Shown here: positions 29,741 to 45,700 of the stretch, piece after piece | How positions within the stretch are numbered: position 1 is the first letter of the stretch | How the letters are laid out: every line of letters begins with the position of its first letter | From: Bugula neritina | Lineage: Eukaryota; Animalia; Bryozoa | Length of the DNA stretch: 64,000 nucleotides | Reading direction: 5' to 3' | Assembly (NCBI GenBank): GCA_964035545.1 | Contig: CAXIUT010000230.1 | Span: forward strand, 620,001 to 684,000 | Notes under the pieces: model-generated | The model's input: only the letters and a program-made list of their open reading frames with translations | What the model was told of the DNA's origin: nothing | Database searches by the model: none | Position numbers and translations under genes: made by a program

Positions 29741-32700
29741 ACTGCAAAATACTGAAATACACTACTACATACTGAAATATACTGCAACACACTGCAACAT
29801 ACTGCAACATACTGAAATATACTGCGACACACTGCAATATACTGTAACATACTGAAATACACTGTAACAAACTGAAATACACTGCAACATACTACAACAT
29901 TTTGAAACACACTGCAGCACACTGCAACATACTGCAACATACTAACATATACTGCAACATACTGAAATACACTGCAAAATACTGAAATACACTGTAACAT
30001 ACTGAAATATACTGCAACATACTGAAATACACTGCTACATACTGAAATATACTGCAACATACTGCAACATACTGAAATACACTGTAACATACTGAAACAC
30101 ACTGCAACACATTGACATATACTGCAAAATACTGAAATACACTGCTACATACTGAAATATACTGCAACACACCGAAACATACGGCAACATACTGAAATAT
30201 ACTGCGACAGATTGAAATGTACAGCAACATACTGAAATATACTGCGACACATTGCAATATACTGCAACATACTGAAATACGCGGTAATATATTGAAATAC
30301 ACTGCAACACATTGAAATATACTGTAACTCGCTGAAATATAGTGTAATATACGGAAATGTACTGTAACATACTGGAATATACTGTAACACACTGAAGTAT
30401 ACTGCCACATACTGAAATGCAGTGCTACATACTGAAATATACTGCAACATACTGCAACATACTGAATTACACTGTAACATACTGAAATACACTGCAACAT
30501 ACTACAACATACTGAAATACACTGCTACATACTGAAATATACTACTACATACTGCAACATTTGGCAACATACTGAAATATACTGCGACACATTGCAATAT
30601 ACTGAAACATACTGAAATATGCTGTAGCACACTGAAACACACTGCAACTCACTGAAATATACTGCAACATACTGAAATACACTGTGACATACTGTAATAT
30701 ACTGCGACATACTGCACCATACTGAAATACACTGTAACATACTGAAACACACTGCAACACATTGACATATACTGCAAAATACTGAAATACACTGCTACAT
30801 ACTGAAATATACTGCAACACACTGCAACATACTGCAACATACTGAAATATACTGCGACACACTGCAATATACTGTAACATACTGAAATACACTACTACAT
30901 ACTGAAATATACTGCAACATACTGCACCATACTGAAATACACTGTAACATACTGAAATACACTGCAACATAATACAATATAATAAAATATACTGCAACAC
31001 ATTGAAATATACTGCAACATACCTAAATATACGGTAATATACTGAAATATACTGTAACACATTGAAAAACACTGCAACATACTGAAATACACTGCAACAC
31101 ACTGAAATACACCGCAAAATACTACAACATACTGAAATACACTGTAACATAGTGAAATACACTGCAACACATTGAAATATACTGCAATGTACCGAAATAT
31201 ATGGTAAACTACTGAAATATGCTGACACACATTGAAAAATACTGCAACATACTGAAATATACTGCGACACATTGCAATATACTGTAACATACTGAAATAT
31301 GCTGTAGCACACAGAAATACACTGCAACTCACTGAAATATACTGCAACATAATGAAAGACACTTTAACATATTGAAATATACTGCAACATACTGAAATAC
31401 AGTGCTACATACTGAAATATACTGCAACATACTGCAACATACTGAAATACACTGTAACATACTGAAATACACTGTAACATAATGAAATACATTGCAACAC
31501 ATTGAAATATACTGCAAAATACTGAGATACACTGCTACATACTGAAATATACTGCAACACACTGCAACATACTGCAACATACTAAAATATACTGCAACAT
31601 ACTGAAATACACTGCAGAATACTGAAATACACTGTAACATACTGAAATATACTGCAAAATACTGAAATACACTGCTACATACTGAAAAATACTGCAACAC
31701 ACTGCGACATACTGCAACATACTAAAATACACTGTAACATATTGAAATACACTGCAACACATTGAAATATACTGCAATGTACCGAAATATATGGTAAACT
31801 ACTGAAATATACTGTCACACATTGAAAAATACTGCAACATACTGAAATATACTGCGACACATTGCAATATACTGTAACATACTGAAATATGCTGTAGCAC
31901 ACTGAAATACACTGCAACTCACTGAAATATACTGCAACATACTGAAATACACTGTAACATATTGAAATATACTGCAACATACTGAAATACAGTGCTACAT
32001 ACTGAAATATACTGCAACATACTGCAATATACTGAAATACACTGTAACATACTGAAATACACTGCAACATACTACAACATATTGAAAGACACTGCAACAC
32101 ATTGAAATATGCTGCAACATACCTAAACATACGGTAATATACCAAAATAAACTGTTACACATTGAAAATACTGCAACATACTGAAATACACTGCAACACA
32201 CCGAAATATACTGCAAAATAAAACAACATACTGAAATACACTGTAACATATTGAAATACACTGTAACACTTTGAAATATACTGCAACATACCGAGATATA
32301 TTGTAAACTACTGAAATATACTGTAACACATTGAAAAATACTGCAACATACTGAAAGTTACTGCGACACATTGCAATATACTGTAACATACTGAAATATG
32401 CTGTAGCACACTGAAATACACTGCAACACACTGAAGTATACTGTAATACACTGAAATGTAATGCAACATACTGAATTATACTGCAACATAGTGCAACATA
32501 CTGAAATACACTGTGACACACTGAAATACACTGAAACATAATGCAACATACTGCAACATACTGAAATACACTGTAACATATCGAAATACACTGCAACATA
32601 CTGCAACATACTGCAACACACTGAATTACACCGTAACATATCGAAATACACTGCATAATACTGCAACATACTGAAATACACTGGAACATATTGATATACA

Positions 32701-35700
32701 CTGTAACACATTGAAATATACTGCAACAAACTGAAACATACGGCAAAATACCGAAATATACTGCGACAGATTGAAATGTACAGCAACATACTGAAATATA
32801 CTGCGACACATTGCAATATACTGCAACATACTGAAATACGCGGTAATATATTGAAATACACTGCAACACATTGAAATATACTGTAACTCGCTGAAATATA
32901 GTGTAATATACGGAAATGTACTGTAACATACTGGAATATACTGTAACACACTGAAGTATACTGCCACATACTGAAATGCAGTGCTACATACTGAAATATA
33001 CTGCAACATACTGCAACATACTGAAATACACTGTAACATACTGAAATACACTGCAACATACTACAACATACTGAAATACACTGCTACATACTGAAATATA
33101 CTACTACATACTGCAACATTTGGCAACATACTGAAATATACTGCGACACATTGCAATATACTGAAACATACTGAAATATGCTGTAGCACACTGAAACACA
33201 CTGCAACTCACTGAAATATACTGCAACATACTGAAATACACTGTGACATACTGTAATATACTGCGACATACTGCACCATACTGAAATACACTGTAACATA
33301 CTGAAACACACTGCAACACATTGACATATACTGCAAAATACTTAAATACACTGCTACATACTGAAATATACTGCAACACACTGCAACATACTGCAACATA
33401 CTGAAATATACTGCGACACACTGCAATATACTGTAACATACTGAAATACACTACTACATACTGAAATATACTGCAACATACTGCACCATACTGAAATACA
33501 CTGTAACATACTGAAATACACTGCAACACAATACAATATAATAAAATATACTGCAACACATTGAAATATACTGCAACATACCTAAATATACGGTAATATA
33601 CTGAAATATACTGTAACACATTGAAAAACACTGCAACATACTGAAATACACTGCAACACACTGAAATACACCGCAAAATACTACAACATACTGAAATACA
33701 CTGTAACATAGTGAAATACACTGCAACACATTGAAATATACTGCAATGTACCGAAATATATGGTAAACTACTGAAATATGCTGACACACATTGAAAAAGA
33801 CTGCAACATACTGAAATATACTGCGACACATTGCAATATACTGTAACATACTGAAATATGCTGTAGCACACAGAAATACACTGCAACTCACTGAAATATA
33901 CTGCAACATAATGAAAGACACTTTAACATATTGAAATATACTGCAACATACTGAAATACAGTGCTACATACTGAAATATACTGCAACATACTGCAACATA
34001 CTGAAATACACTGTAACATACTGAAATACACTGTAACATAATGAAATACATTGCAACACATTGAAATATACTGCAAAATACTGAAATACACTGCTACATA
34101 CTGAAATATACTGCAACACACTGCAACATACTGCAACATACTAAAATATACTGCAACATACTGAAATACACTGCAGAATACTGAAATACACTGTAACATA
34201 CTGAAATATACTGCAAAATACTGAAATACACTGCTACATACTGAAAAATACTGCAACACACTGCGACATACTGCAACATACTAAAATACACTGTAACATA
34301 TTGAAATACACTGCAACACATTGAAATATACTGCAATGTACCGAAATATATGGTAAACTACTGAAATATACTGTCACACATTGAAAAATACTGCAACATA
34401 CTGAAATATACTGCGACACATTGCAATATACTGTAACATACTGAAATATGCTGTAGCACACTGAAATACACTGCAACTCACTGAAATATACTGCAACATA
34501 CTGAAATACACTGTAACATATTGAAATATACTGCAACATACTGAAATACAGTGCTACATACTGAAATATACTGCAACATACTGCAATATACTGAAATACA
34601 CTGTAACATACTGAAATACACTGCAACATACTACAACATATTGAAAGACATTGCAACACATTGAAATATGCTGCAACATACCTAAACATACGGTAATATA
34701 CCAAAATAAACTGTTACACATTGAAAAATACTGCAACATACTGAAATACACTGCAACACACTGAAAAACACTGCAAAATACTGTAACACACTGAAATACA
34801 CTGCAAAATACTGAAATACACTGCTCCATACTGAAATATACTACAACATACTGCAACATACTGCAACATACTAAAATATACTGCAACTTACTGAAATGCA
34901 CTGCAAAATACTGAAATACACTGTAACATACTGAAATATACTGCAACATACTGAAGTACACTCCTACATACTGAAATATACTGCAACTCACTGCAACATA
35001 CTGCAACATACTAAAACACACTGTAACATAATGAAATACACTGCAACACATCGAAATATACTGCAAAATACTGAAATGCACTGCTATATACTGAAATATA
35101 CTGCAACACACTGCGACATACTGCAACATACTAAAATATACTGCAAAATACTGAAATACACTGCAAAATACTGAAATACACTGTAACATACTGAAATATA
35201 CTGCAACATACTGAAATACACCGCTACATACTGAAATATACTGCAAAATACTGCAACATACTAAAATACACTAACATATTGAAATACACTGCAACACATT
35301 GAAATATACTGCAAAATACTGAAATACACTGCTACATACTGAAATATACTGCAACACACTGCAACATACTGCAACATACTAAAATATACTGCAACATACT
35401 GAAACACACTGCAGAATACTGAAATACACTGTAACATACTGAAATATACTGCAAAATACTGAAATACACTGCTACATACTGAAAAATACTGCAACACACT
35501 GCGACATACTGCAACATACTAAAATACACTGTAACATATTGAATTACACTGCAACACATTGAAATATGCTGCAATGTACAGAAATATATGGTAAACTACT
35601 GAAATCTACTGTCACACATTGAAAAATACTGACACATACTGAAAAATACTGCGACACATTGCAATATACTGTAACATACTGAAATATGCTGTAGCACACT

Positions 35701-38700
35701 GAAATACACTGCAACTCACTGAAATATACCGCAACATACTGAAATACACTGTAACATATTGAAATATACTGCAACATACTGAAATACAGTGCTACATACT
35801 GAAATATACTGCAACATACTGCAATATACTGAAATACACTGTAACATACTGAAATACACTGCAACATACTACAACATATTGAAAGACACTGCAACACATT
35901 GAAATATGCTGCAACATACCTAAACATACGGTAATATACCAAAATAAACTGTTACACATTGAAAAATTCTGCAACATACTGAAATACACTGCAACACACT
36001 GAAAAACACTGCAAAATACTGTAACACACTGAAATACACTGCAAAATACTGAAATACACTGCTCCATACTGAAATATACTACAACACACTGCAACATACT
36101 GCAACATACTAAAATATACTGCAACTTACTGAAATGCACTGCAAAATACTGAAATACACTGTAACATACTGAAATATACTGCAACATACTGAAGTACACT
36201 CCTACATACTGAAATATACTGCAACTCACTGCAACATACTGCAACATACTAAAACACACTGTAACATAATGAAATACACTGCAACACATTGGAATATACT
36301 GCAAAATACTGAAATGCACTGCTATATACTGAAATATACTGCAACACACTGCGACATACTGCAACATACTAAAATATACTGCAAAATACTGAAATACACT
36401 GCAAAATACTGAAATACACTGTAACATACTGAAATATACTGCAACATACTGAAATACACTGCTACATACTGAAATATACTGCAACATACTGCAACATACT
36501 AAAATACACTAACATATTGAAATACACTGCAACACATTGAAATATACTGCAAAATACTGAAATACACTACTACATACTGAAATATACTGCAACACACTGC
36601 AACATACTGCAACATACTGAAATATACTGCGACACACTGCAATATACTGTAACATACTGAAATACACTGTAACAAACTGAAATACACTGCAACATACTAC
36701 AACATTTTGAAACACACTGCAGCACACTGCAACATTCTGCAACATACTAACATATACTGCAACATACTGAAATACACTGCAAAATACTGAAATACACTGT
36801 AACATACTGAAATATACTGCAACATACTGAAATACACTGCTACATACTGAAATATACTGCAACATACTGCAACATACTGAAATACACTGTAACATACTGA
36901 AACACACTGCAACACATTGACATATACTGCAAAATACTGAAATACACTGCTACATACTGAAATATACTGCAACACACCGAAACATACGGCAACATACTGA
37001 AATATACTGCGACAGATTGAAATGTACAGCAACATACTGAAATATACTGCGACACATTGCAATATACTGCAACATACTGAAATACGCGGTAATATATTGA
37101 AATACACTGCAACACATTGAAATATACTGTAACTCGCTGAAATATAGTGTAATATACGGAAATGTACTGTAACATACTGGAATATACTGTAACACACTGA
37201 AGTATACTGCCACATACTGAAATGCAGTGCTACATACTGAAATATACTGCAACATACTGCAACATACTGAAATACACTGTAACATACTGAAATACACTGC
37301 AACATACTACAACATACTGAAATACACTGCTACATACTGAAATATACTACTACATACTGCAACATTTGGCAACATACTGAAATATACTGCGACACATTGC
37401 AATATACTGAAACATACTGAAATATGCTGTAGCACACTGAAACACACTGCAACTCACTGAAATATACTGCAACATACTGAAATACACTGTGACATACTGT
37501 AATATACTGCGACATACTGCACCATACTGAAATACACTGTAACATACTGAAACACACTGCAACACATTGACATATACTGCAAAATACTTAAATACACTGC
37601 TACATACTGAAATATACTGCAACACACTGCAACATACTGCAACATACTGAAATATACTGCGACACACTGCAATATACTGTAACATACTGAAATACACTAC
37701 TACATACTGAAATATACTGCAACATACTGCACCATACTGAAATACACTGTAACATACTGAAATACACTGCAACATAATACAATATAATAAAATATACTAC
37801 AACACATTGAAATATACTGCAACATACCTAAATATACGGTAATATACTGAAATATACTGTAACACATTGAAAAACACTGCAACATACTGAAATACACTGC
37901 AACACACTGAAATACACCGCAAAATACTACAACATACTGAAATACACTGTAACATAGTGAAATACACTGCAACACATTGAAATATACTGCAATGTACCGA
38001 AATATATGGTAAACTACTGAAATATGCTGTCACACATTGAAAAATACTGCAACATACTGAAATATACTGCGACACATTGTAATATACTGTAACATACTGA
38101 AATATGCTGTAGCACACAGAAATACACTGCAACTCACTGAAATATACTGCAACATAATGAAAGACACTTTAACATATTGAAATATACTGCAACATACTGA
38201 AATACAGTGCTACATACTGAAATATACTGCAACATACTGCAACATACTGAAATACACTGTAACATACTGAAATACACTGTAACATAATGAAATACATTGC
38301 AACACATTGAAATATACTGCAAAATACTGAAATACACTGCTACATACTGAAATATACTGCAACACACTGCAACATACTGCAACATACTAAAATATAATGC
38401 AACATACTGAAATACACTGCAGAATACTGAAATACACTGTAACATACTGAAATATACTGCAAAATACTGAAATACACTGCTACATACTGAAAAATACTGC
38501 AACACACTGCGACATACTGCAACATACTAAAATACACTGTAACATATTGAAATACACTGCAACACATTGAAATATACTGCAATGTACCGAAATATATGGT
38601 AAACTACTGAAATATACTTTCACACATTGAAAAATACTGCAACATACTGAAATATACTGCGACACATTGCAATATACTGTAACATACTGAAATATGCTGT

Positions 38701-41700
38701 AGCACACTGAAATACACTGCAACTCACTGAAATATACTGCAACATACTGAAATACACTGTAACATATTGAAATATACTGCAACATACTGAAATACAGTGC
38801 TACATACTGAAATATACTGCAACATACTGCAATATACTGAAATACACTGTAACATACTGAAATACACTGCAACATACTACAACATATTGAAAGACACTGC
38901 AACACATTGAAATATGCTGCAACATACCTAAACATACGGTAATGTACCAAAATAAACTGTTACACATTGAAAATACTGCAACATACTGAAATACACTGCA
39001 ACACACCGAAATATACTGCAAAATAAAACAACATACTGAAATACACTGTAACATATTGAAATACACTGTAACACTTTGAAATATACTGCAACATACCGAG
39101 ATATATTGTAAACTACTGAAATATACTGTAACACATTGAAAAATACTGCAACATACTGAAAGTTACTGCGACACATTGCAATATACTGTAACATACTGAA
39201 ATATGCTGTAGCGCACTGAAATACACTGCAACTCACTGAAATATACTGCAAAATACTGAAATACACTAAAACATATTGAAAAATACTGCAACATACTGAA
39301 ATACGCTGTAACATACTGAAATACACTGCAAAATGCTACAACATATTGAAATACACTGCAACATACCTAAATATACGGTAAGATACTGAAATATACTGTA
39401 ACACATTGAAAAGTACAGCAACATACTGAAAGATACTGCAAGATACTGCAACATACTAAAATACACTGTAACATAATGAAACACACTGCAACATACTGCA
39501 TTATACTGACATACACTGGAACATAATGAAATACACTGCAACAAATTGAAGTATACTGCAACACACCGAAACATACGGCAACATACTGAAATATACTGCG
39601 ACAGATTGAAATGTACAGCAACATACTGAAATATACTGCGACACATTGCAATATACTGCAACATACTGAAATACGCGGTAATATATTGAAATACACTGCA
39701 ACACATTGAAATATACTGTAACTCGCTGAAATATAGTGTAATATACGGAAATGTACTGTAACATACTGGAATATACTGTAACACACTGAAGTATACTGCC
39801 ACATACTGAAATGCAGTGCTACATACTGAAATATACTGCAACATACTGCAACATACTGAAATACACTGTAACATACTGAAATACACTGCAACATACTACA
39901 ACATACCGAAATACACTGCTACATACTGAAATATACTACTACATACTGCAACATTTGGCAACATACTGAAATACACTGCGACACATTGCAATATACTGAA
40001 ACATACTGAAATATGCTGTAGCACACTGAAACACACTGCAACTCACTGAAATATACTGCAACATACTGAAATACACTGTGACATACTGTAATATACTGCG
40101 ACATACTGCACCATACTGAAATACACTGTAACATACTGAAACACACTGCAACACATTGACATATACTGCAAAATACTGAAATACACTGCTACATACTGAA
40201 ATATACTGCAACACACTGCAACATACTGCAACATACTGAAATATACTGCGACACACTGCAATATATGTAACATACTGAAATACACTACTACATACTGAAA
40301 TATACTGCAACATACTGCACCATACTGAAATACACTGTAACATACTGAAATACACTGCAACATAATACAATATAATAAAATATACTGCAACACATTGAAA
40401 TATACTGCAACATACCTAAATATACGGTAATATACTGAAATATACTGTAACACATTGAAAAACACTGCAACATACTGAAATACACTGCAACACACTGAAA
40501 TACACCGCAAAATACTACAACATACTGAAATACACTGTAACATAGTGAAATACACTGCAACACATTGAAATATACTGCAATGTACCGAAATATATGGTAA
40601 ACTACTGAAATATGCTGACACACATTGAAAAATACTGCAACATACTGAAATATACTGCGACACATTGCAATATACTGTAACATACTGAAATATGCTGTAG
40701 CACACAGAAATACACTGCAACTCACTGAAATATACCGCAACATAATGAAAGACACTGTAACATATTGAAATATACTGCAACATACTGAAATACAGTGCTA
40801 CATACTGAAATATACTGCAACATACTGCAACATACTGAAATACACTGTAACATACTGAAATACACTGTAACATAATGAAATACATTGCAACACATTGAAA
40901 TATACTGCAAAATACTGAAATACACTGCTACATACTGAAATATACTGCAACACACTGCAACATACTGCAACATACTAAAATATACTGCAACATACTGAAA
41001 TACACTGCAGAATACTGAAATACACTGTAACATACTGAAATATACTGCAAAATACTGAAATACACTGCTACATACTGAAAAATACTGCAACACACTGCGA
41101 CATACTGCAACATACTAAAATACACTGTAACATATTGAAATACACTGCAACACATTGAAATATACTGCAATGTACCGAAATATATGGTAAACTACTGAAA
41201 TATACTGTCACACATTGAAAAATACTGCAACATACTGAAATATACTGCGACACATTGCAATATACTGTAACATACTGAAATATGCTGTAGCACACTGAAA
41301 TACACTGCAACTCACTGAAATATACTGCAACATACTGAAATACACTGTAACATATTGAAATATACTGCAACATACTGAAATACAGTGCTACATACTGAAA
41401 TATACTGCAACATACTGCAATATACTGAAATACACTGTAACATACTGAAATACACTGCAACATACTACAACATATTGAAAGACACTGCAACACATTGAAA
41501 TATGGTGCAACATACCTAAACATACGGTAATATACCAAAATAAACTGTTACACATTGAACAATACTGCAACATACTGAAATACACTGCAACACACTGAAA
41601 AACACTGCAAAATACTGTAACACACTGAAATACACTGCAAAATACTGAAATACACTGCTCCATACTGAAATATACTACAACATACTGCAACATACTGCAA

Positions 41701-42730
41701 CATACTAAAATATACTGCAACTTACTGAAATGCACTGCAAAATACTGAAATACACTGTAACATACTGAAATATACTGCAACATACTGAAGTACACTCCTA
41801 CATACTGAAATATACTGCAACTCACTGCAACATACTGCAACATACTAAAACACACTGTAACATAATGAAATACACTGCAACACATTGAAATATACTGCAA
41901 AATACTGAAATGCACCGCTATATACTGAAATATACTGCAACACACTGCGACATACTGCAACATACTAAAATATACTGCAAAATACTGAAATACACTGCAA
42001 AATACTGAAATACACTGTAACATACTGAAATATACTGCAACATACTGAAATACACTGCTACATACTGAAATATACTGCAACATACTGCAACATACTAAAA
42101 TACACTAACATATTGAAATACACTGCAACACATTGAAATATACTGCAAAATACTGAAATACACTGCTACATACTGAAATATACTGCAACACACTGCAACA
42201 TACTGCAACATACTAAAATATACTGCAACATACTGAAATACACTGCAGAATACTGAAATACACTGTAACATACTGAAATATACTGCAAAATACTGAAATA
42301 CACTGCTACATACTGAAAAATACTGCAACACACTGCGACATACTGCAACATACTAAAATACACTGTAACATATTGAAATACACTGCAACACATTGAAATA
42401 TGCTGCAATGTACAGAAATATATGGTAAACTACTGAAATCTACTGTCACACATTGAAAAATACTGACACATACTGAAAAATACTGCGACACATTGCAATA
42501 TACTGTAACATACTGAAATATGCTGTAGCACACTGAAATACACTGCAACTCACTGAAATATACCGCAACATACTGAAATACACTGTAACATATTGAAATA
42601 TACTGCAACATACTGAAATACAGTGCTACATACTGAAATATACTGCAACGTACTGCAATATACTGAAATACACTGTAACATACTGAAATACACTGCAACA
42701 TACTACAACATATTGAAAGACACTGCAACA
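29741..42730. repeat. ~6.8-kb tandem duplication (offset 6805-6835) with nested ~2.56-kb and ~1.24-kb duplications
   Basis: ORF pairs 29892/36697, 30525/37330, 33084/39919, 34554/41388 and 35261/42095. Internal pairs 30525/33084 (2559) and 34554/35792 (1238). Confidence 0.88.
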
Positions 42731-45700
42731 CCTTGAAATATACTGCAACATACCTAAATATACGGTAATATATCAAAATGAACTGTAACACATTTAAAAA
42801 TACTGCAACATACTGAAATACACTGCAACACACTGAAAAACACTGCAAAATACTGTAACACACTGAAATATACTGCAAAATACTGAAATACACTGCTACA
42901 TACTGAAATATACTGCAACACACTGCAAGATACTGCAACATTCTAAAATATACTGCATTATACTGAAATACACTGCTACATACTGAAATACACTGCATTA
43001 CACTGAAAAACACTGCAAAATATCGTAACACACTGAAATATACTGCAAAACACTGAAATACACTGCTACATACTGCAACATACTGCACCATACTGAAATA
43101 CACTGTAACATACTGAAATACACTGCAAAATACTACAACATATTGAAATACACTGCAATACATTGAAATATACTGCAACATACCTAAATATACGGTAATA
43201 TACTGAAATATGCTGTAACACATTGAAAAATACTACAAAATACTGAAATACACTGCAACATACTACAACATACTGAAATACGCTGTAATACATTGAAATC
43301 CACTGCAACACATTAAAATATACTGTAACTCGCTGAAACATACTGTAACTCACTGAACTATAGTGTAATATACGGAAATGTACTGTAAAATACTGGAATA
43401 TAATGTAACACACTGAAATATACTGCAACATACTGAAATACACTGTAACATACTGAAATATACTGCAACATCCTGCAACATACTGAAATACACTGTAACA
43501 TACTGAAATACACTGCAACATCCTACAAGATACTGAAATACACTGTAACGTATTGAAGTACACTGCAACACATTGAAGTATTCTGCAACACACTGGAACA
43601 TACGGCAACATACTGAAATATACTTCGGCACATTGCAATATACTGCAGCATACTGAAATATGCTGTAGCCTACTGAAATACACTGCATTATACTGAAATA
43701 CACTGCTACATACTGAAATATACTGCAACATACTGAAATACACTGTAATATGCTGAATTACACTGCAACACATTGAAATATAATGCAACATAGCTAAATA
43801 TATATTAAACTACTGAAAAATACTTCAACACATTGAAAAATACTGCAACATACATAATTATACTGTAACACACTGAAATATACTGCAACATACTGAAATA
43901 CACTGTAAAATACTGGAATATAGTGCAACATACTGAAATACACTGCTACATACTGAAATATACTGCAACATACTGCAACATACTGAAAAACACTGTAACA
44001 TACTGAAATACACTGCAACATACTACAACATATTGAAAAACACTGCAACACATTGAATATACTGCAACATACCTAAAAATGCGGTAATATACTGAAATAA
44101 ACTATAACACATTGAAAATACTGCAAAATACTGAAATACACTGCTACATACTGAAAAATACTGCAACACACTGCGACATACTGCAACATACTAAAATACA
44201 CTGTAACATATTGAAATACACTGCAACACATTGAAATATGCTGCAATGTACCGAAATATATGGTAAACTACTGAAATCTACTGTCACACATTGAAAAATA
44301 CTGACACATACTGAAAAATACTGCGACACATTGCAATATACTGTAACATACTGAAATATGCTGTAGCACACTGAAATACACTGCAACTCATTGAAATATA
44401 CCGCAACATACTGAAATACACTGTAACATATTGAAATATACTGCAACATACTGAAATACAGTGCTACATACTGAAATATACTGCAACGTACTGCAATATA
44501 CTGAAATACACTGTAACATACTACAACATATTGAAAGACACTGCAACACCTTGAAATATACTGCTACATACTGAAATATACTGCAACACACTGCAAGATA
44601 CTGCAACATTCTAAAATATACTGCATTATACTGAAATACACTGCTACATACTGAAATATACTGCAACATACTGAAATACACTGTAATATGCTGAATTACA
44701 CTGCAACACATTGAAATATACTGCAACATAGCAAAATATATATTAAACTACTGAAAAATACTTCAACATATTGAAAAATACTGCAACATACATAATTATA
44801 CTGTAACACACTGAAATATACTGCAACATACTGAAATACACTGTAAAATACTGGAATATAGTGCAACATACTGAAATACACTGCTACATACTGAAATATA
44901 CTGCAACATACGGCAACATACTGAAATATACTGCGACAGATTGAAATGTACAGCAACATACTGAAATATACTGCGACACATTGCAATATACTGCAACATA
45001 CTGAAATACGCGGTAATATATTGAAATACACTGCAACACATTGAAATATACTGTAACTCGCTGAAATATAGTGTAATATACGGAAATGTACTGTAACATA
45101 CTGGAATATACTGTAACACACTGAAGTATACTGCCACATACTGAAATGCAGTGCTACATACTGAAATATACTGCAACATACTGCAACATACTGAAATACA
45201 CTGTAACATACTGAAATACACTGCAACATACTACAACATACCGAAATACACTGCTACATACTGAAATATACTACTACATACTGCAACATTTGGCAACATA
45301 CTGAAATACACTGCGACACATTGCAATATACTGAAACATACTGAAATATGCTGTAGCACACTGAAATACACTGCAACTCACTGAAATATACTGCAACATA
45401 CTGAAATACACTGTAACATATTGAAATATACTGCAACATACTGAAATACAGTGCTACATACTGAAATATACTGCAACATACTGCAATATACTGAAATACA
45501 CTGTAACATACTGAAATACACTGCAACATACTACAACATATTGAAAGACACTGCAACACATTGAAATATGCTGCAACATACCTAAACATACGGTAATATA
45601 CCAAAATAAACTGTTACACCATGAAAAATACTGCAACATACTGAAATACACTGCAACACACTGAAAAACACTGCAAAATACTGTAACACACTGAAATACA

